Shown in pieces: positions 9,121 through 16,908 of a stretch of 32,000 nt of DNA. Numbering within the stretch: position 1 is the first letter of the stretch; every line of letters begins with the position of its first letter. The position numbers and the translations under genes are program-made. The stretch spans positions 1,350,001 to 1,382,000 of the forward strand of contig NZ_CP042905.2 of NCBI RefSeq assembly GCF_008000775.2, given 5' to 3'. The notes beneath the pieces are model-generated. The model was not told where the DNA came from. It worked only from the letters and a program-made list of their open reading frames with translations, and did no database searches. Source of the DNA: Promethearchaeum syntrophicum (GTDB lineage: Archaea; Asgardarchaeota; Lokiarchaeia; Sigyniarchaeales; Promethearchaeaceae).

Positions 9121-9846
9121 TTAAGCTTCTGGCTCAGGCCGAGAAATTTTTGATTCAAAATCATTAACAGTTAAATCAATATCGCCATCGGGAGGAATTT
9201 TTCCTCTCTCTCTCATAATTTGTCTTGCTAATAGCCATAACATACGGCATAAACTTTTACGGCCCCGATTATTAGCCGGAATTGCTAAATCTATATCATA
9301 AAGATAGTCATCAGTATCAATGAAAGATACAACTGGAATTCTAGCTAATTTAGCTTCAGAAAGTGCTTGTTTATCCGCATGTGGATCAATCATTAAAAGC
9401 ACATCTGCTTCATGAAATTGGTCAATTAAAGGATTTGTTAGCGTCCCTGGTATAAATCTATCTGCAAATGCAGTAGCTCCAGTAACTTCACAAAACTTTC
9501 TCACAGGGTTTCGACCATAGCGTCTTACACTACAAACCATAATTCTTTCTGGTTCAAAGGAAGCTAAAAATTTACCCGCAATTCGAATTCGACGATCTGT
9601 TTCTAATAAATTCAGAACATATAAACCATAACTGGTTGTTCTGTAAATCCATTTTTCAGAATGTTTAGTTTTTAACTTGGTTCCTATGTGACAACCTGAC
9701 GCAAGATAATCGTCCCGGGGAATCAGTAGGTTTTCTTCCTTTTCTTCTTGCAAAACTACAGAAGCCTCAAGACTAGCGTTATCGAGATCTGCGTCTTCAT
9801 CAGCATCTGCTTTTTTCTTTTTTTCTTTTTTACTCAAATAAGTCAC
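9121..9846 (-). CDS. rps2: 30S ribosomal protein uS2 (S2/SA family)
   Basis: LLIPRDDYLASGCHIGTK...YVLNLLETDRRIRIAGKFL and IPVVSFIDTD...IPANNRGRKSL are archaeal uS2 hallmarks. The gene has a GTG start and a Lys/Asp/Glu-rich N-terminal extension of about 40 aa. Confidence 0.95.
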   Translation of the reverse strand: MTYLSKKEKKKKADADEDADLDNASLEASVVLQEEKEENLLIPRDDYLASGCHIGTKLKTKHSEKWIYRTTSYGLYVLNLLETDRRIRIAGKFLASFEPERIMVCSVRRYGRNPVRKFCEVTGATAFADRFIPGTLTNPLIDQFHEADVLLMIDPHADKQALSEAKLARIPVVSFIDTDDYLYDIDLAIPANNRGRKSLCRMLWLLARQIMRERGKIPPDGDIDLTVNDFESKISRPEPEA

Positions 9847-10049
9847 CTATTATGTCGTTTCATCGAAATCCTCATCTTCAGAGAACTCCTCGCGAACATT
9901 GTGCGTTTTTTTCCAAATATTTTTTTTAAAATATTCTTTACACAATGATTTGAGTTTTTAAGCGTTTCATGAATTAAGAAATTTTTCTTTTAATTCTTTT
10001 AATTTTTTGGTCTTAAATTTATTAAGGAAATAAATCAAAATATAAAATA

Positions 10050-10604
10050 ATGCAAGTTAAAAAGAACCACATTCAAATTGTGTTATCTGTTATTATTGGT
10101 CTTATTTTTGCGTGTTTTGGTGTATTTCTTTTTAGTAATTTTCAGTATCGCGGGTTAACCATAAAGGATAATGTATATCCATCAATTTCTGCTGGTAATT
10201 TTAATTCATTCATGTACGGGATTTGGGTTTTACTAGGTTCAGGTTTTATGGCTGATTGGTTCCTTGAATTTTCGGCAGCGAATATTGCAAATTCATCTAT
10301 AGGTGCCATTCTATTTGGAGACACAATTTTACCTGCAATACTTACATGGTTTACAGTGGGATTTTCTATCAGTATTATTGTGAAAGGGTTTAAAAGAGGA
10401 TTGATTGTAAGTTTGATTATATTTCTATCAGTTTTCTTTTTGTGGCTCATTACTGGAATATTTGCTGGTGCCGATATTACCGCGATTTTTATAACAAATA
10501 TATTAAATACCCTAAGTGAAATTTTCACTATTCTTATTTCACTAATACCGGGTAGTGTAATTGGTGGACTGATAAGAACTAGATTAGTCAGTTTGAAAAA
10601 ATGA
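10050..10604 (+). CDS. polytopic membrane protein, unknown function
   Basis: 184 aa with about five hydrophobic helices. The stop overlaps the start of the GH127 gene (ATGA at 10601-10604). Confidence 0.6.
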   Translation: MQVKKNHIQIVLSVIIGLIFACFGVFLFSNFQYRGLTIKDNVYPSISAGNFNSFMYGIWVLLGSGFMADWFLEFSAANIANSSIGAILFGDTILPAILTWFTVGFSISIIVKGFKRGLIVSLIIFLSVFFLWLITGIFAGADITAIFITNILNTLSEIFTILISLIPGSVIGGLIRTRLVSLKK

Positions 10605-12625
10605 GATCTTCAAATAAAAATCTTAAAATCTTGAAAGAAATTCCCATTTCAAGCATTCAAATTCAAGATAAGTTCTGGACCCCTCGATTGCAAAGAAATC
10701 AGGAAGATTTGTTAATCTATCAATACAGCCAATTAGAGAGAACAGGTTGTATTGATAATTTTCGAATATTAGCGGGCAAAAAGGATGGGATTAGGAAAGG
10801 TTTTTTCTTTTCCGATTCAGATGCTTATAAATGGGCTGAAGCTGCTGCGATAAGCTTAAACCTGACAAAAAATCAACATTTATTAGATAAATTAGATGAA
10901 TTTATAGAAATTATTGAAAAAGCCCAACATAATGATGGGTATCTCTATACGTATAATCAAATTAATTTTAAAAATCGCAGATGGTCAAATTTACCTATGG
11001 AACATGAATTATATTGCATGGGTCATTTAATAGAAGCTGGAATTGCTCATTTTATCGCCACTAATTCGAAAAAATTTCTAAATGTTGCAATAAAAAGTGC
11101 TGATTTAATTGTGAGAGAATTTCTTAATAAATCGCCCGAAAAAACATCTGGACATGAAGAAATTGAATTGGCATTATTACGTCTTTATAAAATAACCAAG
11201 AATTTGAATTATTTAAATTTATCACAACAATTTCTTGAACAAAGAGGTAAAATAGAACATTTTATTCCAATATTAATTAGAAGTGTATTAAATCAAAGGA
11301 AAGCTGAAAAAGAAATTAAAAAAGGGCTTAAAAAACAACTAAAAAATAAAAAAAAAGTAAGATCTCATGATCTTAGCGAAAATATTAACAACAAGGAGAA
11401 TTTCCTATTTTTGATTAGAATGTTAAGTTCTGCACTTTCGGGAACTTATTTCCAACAAGATATTCCTTTCAATAAAATGTATAAAGCTGATGGGCACTCT
11501 GTAAGGTGGGGTTACTATATGATTGGACACACCTTACTTTCTCAAGAAACAAAAGATTACTCAAAAATAATACAACTTAACAATATTTGGGAAAATACCA
11601 TTACAAAACGTATGTATCTTACAGGTGGTCTGGGTTCAATTCCGATTATTGAGGGTTTTGGGAGAGATTATGAACTTTCAAATAAACATGCTTATTGTGA
11701 GACTTGTGCCGCAATATCAGGAATATTTTGGAATTGGGAGATGTTAAAGTGTACTGGAGAAGCAAAATTTGCAGACCTCTTGGAATGGCAATTATATAAT
11801 GCTTCCTTAGTTGGAATTTCTAGCATGGATAATTTATATTTTTATAGAAATGTGTTAGAATCTGATGGTAATTTCTATAGAAGTCCATGGTTCGATACTG
11901 CTTGTTGCCCTTCCAACCTCTCACGTTTATGGGGAATGGTTGGGAAATATATTTATACAGTGTCTTCTGAAATTCTTTGGATTCATCAATATATTGGAAA
12001 TAAATCTAATTTATCAGTTCCTCTAAGGAAAAAAGGGGAAGCTATTTCATTATCGGTCCAACTTAATTCCTCTTTTCCTTGGGAAGGAGAATGTGAAGTT
12101 ACCATAAATTTGGATAAGCCTACATTCTTTTCTTTAAATCTAAGAATTCCTAGTTGGGTCGAAGAGTATTCAATTTTCATAAATGATCAGCCTTTTTCTT
12201 CATCGGAAATTGATAAAATTCCTGAAAACATAAGTACTGCAAGTGGTTATTCTCCCTATAGATCAAAATACATTACCATAAAACGCGAATGGAATCTTAA
12301 TGATAAAATCAGGATTAATTTTCCGATGATAATTAAAATTCACCGTTCTCATCCAAAAGTGAGAACGAATAGAAATAAAATTGCTCTCTCACGGGGGCCT
12401 ATAGTATATTGTTTGGAAGATCTTGATAACCCTAAGGCAAATATCCCAAAGGCGTGTATTAATTTAAACGAACCATTAAAAGCAAGTTTCTTAAATAAAT
12501 TACTTAACGGGGTTCATATTTTAGAAGGAAAAGACTGTTTTGATAATTCATTGGTATTTATTCCATATTTCTTATGGGCTAATCGTGAAATTTCTAAAAT
12601 GCAAGTCTATGTAAGTGAAAAATAG
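10601..12625 (+). CDS. glycoside hydrolase family 127 (DUF1680; beta-L-arabinofuranosidase-like cysteine glycosidase)
   Basis: DKFWTPRLQRNQ at the N-terminus, plus HELYCMGHLIEAG, GHEEIELALLRLY, GHSVRWGY, the ETCA motif (CETCAAISG) and the ACCPSNLSR motif. The last two contain the Glu/Cys Zn ligands and the Cys nucleophile known from HypBA1-type GH127 enzymes. Confidence 0.85.
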   Translation: MRSSNKNLKILKEIPISSIQIQDKFWTPRLQRNQEDLLIYQYSQLERTGCIDNFRILAGKKDGIRKGFFFSDSDAYKWAEAAAISLNLTKNQHLLDKLDEFIEIIEKAQHNDGYLYTYNQINFKNRRWSNLPMEHELYCMGHLIEAGIAHFIATNSKKFLNVAIKSADLIVREFLNKSPEKTSGHEEIELALLRLYKITKNLNYLNLSQQFLEQRGKIEHFIPILIRSVLNQRKAEKEIKKGLKKQLKNKKKVRSHDLSENINNKENFLFLIRMLSSALSGTYFQQDIPFNKMYKADGHSVRWGYYMIGHTLLSQETKDYSKIIQLNNIWENTITKRMYLTGGLGSIPIIEGFGRDYELSNKHAYCETCAAISGIFWNWEMLKCTGEAKFADLLEWQLYNASLVGISSMDNLYFYRNVLESDGNFYRSPWFDTACCPSNLSRLWGMVGKYIYTVSSEILWIHQYIGNKSNLSVPLRKKGEAISLSVQLNSSFPWEGECEVTINLDKPTFFSLNLRIPSWVEEYSIFINDQPFSSSEIDKIPENISTASGYSPYRSKYITIKREWNLNDKIRINFPMIIKIHRSHPKVRTNRNKIALSRGPIVYCLEDLDNPKANIPKACINLNEPLKASFLNKLLNGVHILEGKDCFDNSLVFIPYFLWANREISKMQVYVSEK

Positions 12626-12647
12626 GATATTTTATCTATTGCTATTC

Positions 12648-12655
12648 TTTTTTTT
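12648..12655 (+). terminator. oligo-T tract downstream of the GH127 gene (possible archaeal terminator)
   Basis: A T8 run lies 23 nt after the stop at 12625. Archaeal RNA polymerase terminates at oligo-T stretches. Confidence 0.3.
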
Positions 12656-12684
12656 AATGGGGAATTAAAATTCGAAGAAAAGGA

Positions 12685-13062
12685 TTGTCAATTTTTTGGC
12701 CACAATATTTCGATAAAAATCGACCAATTAGATTGGGTCGCAGAGTGTCTAAAGAAAATGCCACTGATAAACCATTGGTTGAAGATGTTCTAACAGCTGC
12801 AAAAAATCTAAAATATGTAGCAGAAATTGATACTCAAAGTAAATATCCACGAAGTCCATTTGATGCGAATGGTTTAGTTATGATTGATATAATGGGTCAA
12901 AAGAAAAATTGGGTTTTAAAAAAAATGGCTCCAGAAGTAAAACTCGCGAAGGAAAATCGCATTTCCTCAGCTAAATTAGATAGAGTTAAAAAGAATCGTA
13001 AAAAACATAAAGCTAAAACAGAATTATTAAAAAGCAAAATTGAAAAACGTAAAAAAAAGTAA
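12685..13062 (+). CDS. srp19: signal recognition particle protein SRP19
   Basis: IFWPQYFDKNRPIRLGRRVSKENA matches the SRP19 N-terminus (iWPxYxDxxxsRxeGRrvp). The gene has a TTG start and a Lys-rich C-terminal tail. Confidence 0.9.
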   Translation: MSIFWPQYFDKNRPIRLGRRVSKENATDKPLVEDVLTAAKNLKYVAEIDTQSKYPRSPFDANGLVMIDIMGQKKNWVLKKMAPEVKLAKENRISSAKLDRVKKNRKKHKAKTELLKSKIEKRKKK

Positions 13063-13271
13063 ATTTCTTGACTTAATCTAATGTTCTGAACTACATTTTT
13101 TTCATATTCTTCCAAGATTTTTTTAAAGCTATGCCTTAAAATCCACGGGATAAGAAATAATCATTTTCTATTAAAAGTTTTTCAAAAAGGGATATTAGAA
13201 TTAAGGATTGAAATGATAGGGGTAATTAAGATAAAAATTATGTAGAAAAATAAAAATAATTAAAAGATTAA

Positions 13272-13655
13272 TTATTTCTCGAGTAATTTACCATTAATTT
13301 GCCCGGTTTGACCTGGTCTACTCGTAATTTGTACTGATCCCAATTTCGTTTTAACAATAGCGCCTTTTGTGAGAATATTTCTACGGTTATAATCAACTGA
13401 AGCTTTATTTTCTTCTAATCCCTCAATTTTTACCCGAATTGTTTTTTTTTTCTTTACATCAGAGACATTTATCATATCTGCTGAATAAGCTTTAATCTTG
13501 ATATTTCCTCCACGTGTACGGATGATTTTCTTTCGTTCATCGTCTATTTTTGTTTCAATTGCATTTCGTCCTAATCTAGATTTCCGTTTTTTGTGGGCCG
13601 AATGTATTTTATTTCCTGTTGCGCCTCTTCGGCTGCGTTCTTGGTATTTTACCAC
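13272..13655 (-). CDS. rps8e: 30S ribosomal protein eS8 (S8e)
   Basis: QERSRRGATGNKIHSAHKKRKSRLGR...RTRGGNIKIK...NRRNILTKGAIV is typical S8e. GTG is the first possible start after the in-frame stop at 13727-13725. Confidence 0.95.
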   Translation of the reverse strand: MVKYQERSRRGATGNKIHSAHKKRKSRLGRNAIETKIDDERKKIIRTRGGNIKIKAYSADMINVSDVKKKKTIRVKIEGLEENKASVDYNRRNILTKGAIVKTKLGSVQITSRPGQTGQINGKLLEK

Positions 13656-13727
13656 AGTAAATTCACAAGATATTGAATTTTTCGCTAATATTAAATTTTT
13701 CGATTTATTAAAAATATAAAAGATTTA

Positions 13728-14954
13728 CTATTCTCCCAAATCTATTTTATCTCCGATCTTCTGATCAAGCGATATTATTGCATTAAATATTAATTCAGAT
13801 ACATCTCTCATTTTATTTTGATCTATCTTATCAGTATTATCTTCAGCAGTATGTAAATATGGTTTATTAGGACTGGTTAAAGAACAAATTTCAAAGCTTT
13901 TCTGATTAAGTGGTAGAAAAATCTTATTGATATAAAAGTTTGGATGAATTTTTTGAACGTGAATCTTCTCCCGATATGCCAGATGCTCAATCAATTTCAC
14001 TAATGAATTTTCTTTTTTTTTGTAACTAAAGATCCCACTTTTCTCGTTAATTGCAATTTTTGCTCCAATTCTATTAATATTTATCAAATAAACATCTTTA
14101 TATTGTCCAAAATTCTCTGAACTTTCCTTCAAAAATGAATTTATTCCCCATGCGCCTATTTCTTTTGCTCCAGAAAATAGAAATTGCAAATCCATCCAAT
14201 CTAATTTAATATTTCCTTCATTCAATCTTTGAATTAGATTAAATAAAACTGCACACCCTGAAGCATTATCTACTGCTCCTTTAGAAGAATTATCAATCCG
14301 ATTTAAAAAATAAATAATTGAAGTAAAAATTGAAACCGATAATCCAATCATAGTAAATATTTTGGAAACTTGAATAAAATTCGCATGTAATTTTCTAATT
14401 CCAATGAATGAAGTGAAGAATGATATGATGAACGAAAATCCCCCTATAATTAAAAGAGCTTTTTGTTGATTAGAATGTTTAAAACCACGAATTTTTCTCC
14501 CAATCGAATCATAATTAGCGTTTATAATAATCAAACCCATTTTAACTTTGAATTCTCTGTGTTTTTCAGAATTCACAGTATAAATCATATTTTTTGATGA
14601 ATGTTGTTTACCAAACTTGAAGTTATTGAGGTTAGTGAGTAAAATAATCAAAATAATTGATAATATTAAGAGTAAAAAAGAAAATGTCATAGCAATTACG
14701 AAAGCATTAAATAAAATTAGGAAAAACTGTGTTGCAAAAAAAATCATAGCGAAAAATGCTATTCCTTTCTCAATAATAACTAAATTATAATAATAATTGA
14801 AATTCTTTACAATAGGATTACAGCCCAACTTTTTAAGCTTGGAAAATATATATATTTGAGCATCTTTTTCTCCTTTTGAACCCATCATTCGAGGAAAACT
14901 TAATTCTTTAGCAATTTCCAAAATTTTGACAGATTCTTTTTCAAAACTTTTCAT
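13728..14954 (-). CDS. M28-family peptidase homolog with inserted transmembrane hairpins; metal ligands partly substituted (possibly inactive)
   Basis: The M28 signature order is recognisable: SFPRMMGSKGEKDA, INANYDS, GAVDNASG, FSGAKEIGAWG, LININRIG, LHTAEDN. Two hydrophobic hairpins interrupt the domain. Confidence 0.65.
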   Translation of the reverse strand: MKSFEKESVKILEIAKELSFPRMMGSKGEKDAQIYIFSKLKKLGCNPIVKNFNYYYNLVIIEKGIAFFAMIFFATQFFLILFNAFVIAMTFSFLLLILSIILIILLTNLNNFKFGKQHSSKNMIYTVNSEKHREFKVKMGLIIINANYDSIGRKIRGFKHSNQQKALLIIGGFSFIISFFTSFIGIRKLHANFIQVSKIFTMIGLSVSIFTSIIYFLNRIDNSSKGAVDNASGCAVLFNLIQRLNEGNIKLDWMDLQFLFSGAKEIGAWGINSFLKESSENFGQYKDVYLININRIGAKIAINEKSGIFSYKKKENSLVKLIEHLAYREKIHVQKIHPNFYINKIFLPLNQKSFEICSLTSPNKPYLHTAEDNTDKIDQNKMRDVSELIFNAIISLDQKIGDKIDLGE

Positions 14955-15052
14955 TCGTGAAAAGAGATTATTTCTACACCTAAAAAAAATTTTTCCAAGA
15001 TTTCCAAATTTTCAATAATTTTGTTTCATTTAAAGTATTCAGTGGAAAACCA

Positions 15053-15508
15053 ATGGTAATTTCTCTAAAAATTAAAATGAATTTATATCCGACTGAGGAA
15101 AAAGAGAATTTAGTCAAATTATTTAATTTCTTTTATCCGGTTGAAACAATCACAACCTCACAACCAGATAGTTCAGGTGTTTCAGAAATGTCCGTAGAGA
15201 TAGAAGGTAATAACGCGCTAAATTTCATATATAAACAAGTGCGAAAGCAAAGAACTGTTGAAGCTCTAAGACATTTTATTCTTCCAAGAATTATTTTTAA
15301 TACTAATTCGTGTAAATTCTTAATCCATAAACAAGCTCTTAGTATGGGGAAAATAGTCTTATGCAAAACCAAAGAAGAATCACCACTAGGTCCCGTTTAT
15401 TTGGAATTTAAAGCAAATAAAATTGAAAATGTGATTGAATACCTCTTTCCTCCAACAGAAAGAGGGCGAGTTATAGAAACTGGTTTTACTCCAGAAGATT
15501 TAGATTGA
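15053..15508 (+). CDS. UPF0201/COG1931-like small archaeal protein (predicted RNA-binding fold)
   Basis: 151 aa. The N-terminus (ISLKIKMNLYPTEEKENLVKLFNFF) resembles the conserved V-x-V-x-A-x-V-x-PTED-x-x-KV start of the family. This is recollection only. Confidence 0.4.
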   Translation: MVISLKIKMNLYPTEEKENLVKLFNFFYPVETITTSQPDSSGVSEMSVEIEGNNALNFIYKQVRKQRTVEALRHFILPRIIFNTNSCKFLIHKQALSMGKIVLCKTKEESPLGPVYLEFKANKIENVIEYLFPPTERGRVIETGFTPEDLD

Positions 15509-15513
15509 AATAT

Positions 15514-16428
15514 CTAAGGAGATTTTGAATGAATTGCTTTTGAAATCACTTCAGCAATTGAGACCTGCATAAAAGCTGAATCTATTGTATCAGTACCAAT
15601 AATATCAGTTACTCCCGCTTTCATTAGATTAAAAACTGCATTTTTTAACATCAACGGATGTGTCCCTACTGAATAAATTGATTTAGCTCCCGCTGTTTTA
15701 ACGATCTTTATTGCTTTTGCCATAGTTCCCCCTGAAGCGATAATATCATCAGCGATAATTACATCTTTTCCTTGTATTGGGAGATCGCCTTCCATTGTGA
15801 TCTTACCCGTTTTTACATCCCGTTTTTTAATAAATTGAATAACCTGAACATTTTTACCTAAATATCCTGCAAATTTTCGGGAACGTTCATAAGCTCCCTT
15901 ATCTGGACATATCACTATTGGATCTTCACATTTTTTTGCTAGTTCTTTTGCTAAAATTTCCATTGGATCTAAGTTGTATGCAGGAATCTTCAATATTTCA
16001 AAAATTTTTTCTGCATGAACATCAATAGTATAAAATTCGGTTGCTCCTGCTATTTCTATCCATTTCAAAATTTCTTCTGCAAAAATACATTCACCAGGTC
16101 TAAACGCTTTATCTTGGCGTGAATATGCAAAATATGGTACTACAACTCGGATTTTTGAGGCTTTCATACGTTTAGCTGCTCCTATCATCATAATTAACTC
16201 CATTATGTGTAGATTTTGATCACCAGTTGAATTTGCTCCCAATGATTGAATAATAATGATATCTTTACCTTCGAATTCAGCTTCTTCTTCAATATCTATA
16301 CGTAGATAACCCTCTCCGTCAGGAAATACTTTATTTTCGGTTGTAACAACTCGTGTATGCAATAAATTTGCTACTTTCAAACCTAACCTTTGAGAAGTAG
16401 GTCCAGCAATAACGATTTGATTATCCAT
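15514..16428 (-). CDS. prs: ribose-phosphate pyrophosphokinase (PRPP synthetase)
   Basis: VVPYFAYSRQDK, DVHA and the PRPP-binding loop DVIIADDIIASGGTM. Confidence 0.95.
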   Translation of the reverse strand: MDNQIVIAGPTSQRLGLKVANLLHTRVVTTENKVFPDGEGYLRIDIEEEAEFEGKDIIIIQSLGANSTGDQNLHIMELIMMIGAAKRMKASKIRVVVPYFAYSRQDKAFRPGECIFAEEILKWIEIAGATEFYTIDVHAEKIFEILKIPAYNLDPMEILAKELAKKCEDPIVICPDKGAYERSRKFAGYLGKNVQVIQFIKKRDVKTGKITMEGDLPIQGKDVIIADDIIASGGTMAKAIKIVKTAGAKSIYSVGTHPLMLKNAVFNLMKAGVTDIIGTDTIDSAFMQVSIAEVISKAIHSKSP

Positions 16429-16484
16429 AATATGTCACTTGAATAAGTTTAAAATGTAATTTATATTTTCTAATTTCGTAAATA

Positions 16485-16892
16485 ATGAGTCAAACATCAT
16501 TCGAAATTAGTTTTTCATTTATCGGAACAGGAAAAACTGTGAAAGGAGAGATTCAACGAAACAATTGTCCTCAGACATTTGAAGCAATTAGGGATAAAAT
16601 TCGAGAAAAAGGATTCTACACGGTTCGCAGCCGGGGAAATATTGGTTCCACGAGAACTTATTGGATGCTCTTAATTGGTCTAAGAAAAGGGGGAGAAAAA
16701 GATGAGTATAAAAAATATAAAACTGGGGATATTGTATACTGTCCAAGACAGGATGCCTTGTTTTTAATTATAGATAATCCAAAAATTCAATATCCTGCAT
16801 ATTTTATTGGAAAAGTTACCGAAGGCTTAGAATTATTATCAAGTTTACAAAACGGGGTTATGTGTAAAATCGAATTAAAAGACATCACCTAA
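16485..16892 (+). CDS. cyclophilin-like (TM1367-type) small protein, function unknown
   Basis: 135 aa. The C-terminal FIGKVTEGLELLSSLQNGVMCKIEL and GDIVYCPRQDALFLI resemble the cyclophilin-like family as I remember it. This is tentative. Confidence 0.35.
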   Translation: MSQTSFEISFSFIGTGKTVKGEIQRNNCPQTFEAIRDKIREKGFYTVRSRGNIGSTRTYWMLLIGLRKGGEKDEYKKYKTGDIVYCPRQDALFLIIDNPKIQYPAYFIGKVTEGLELLSSLQNGVMCKIELKDIT

Positions 16893-16908
16893 TAAAAAAA
16901 TTATTAAT

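Noticed and set aside
9843-9899. An 18-codon basic upstream ORF (MFARSSLKMRISMKRHNR) has a TGA that overlaps the GTG start of uS2 (GTGA).
   Set aside because: It is too short to support from sequence alone. It does not resemble known tiny ribosomal proteins such as eL41. The overlap could be coincidental in AT-rich DNA. It is only worth revisiting if ribosome profiling shows occupancy.
9748-9948. A 66-aa plus-strand ORF spans the uS2 5' end and the intergenic region.
   Set aside because: It is antisense to uS2, Phe/Ile-rich, and has no motifs.
10142-10528. A 128-aa minus-strand ORF overlaps the 184-aa membrane-protein gene.
   Set aside because: The plus-strand frame gives a coherent multi-helix membrane protein that is translationally coupled to the downstream GH127 gene. 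The minus-strand product has no features.
12897-13271. I examined the 209-nt intergenic region after SRP19, and the antisense 72-aa ORF (12897..13115), as possible hosts for a small RNA such as SRP RNA or a tRNA.
   Set aside because: I saw no GC-rich stem-forming island, which structured RNAs in AT-rich archaea usually show, and no cloverleaf-compatible segments. The antisense ORF is low-complexity.
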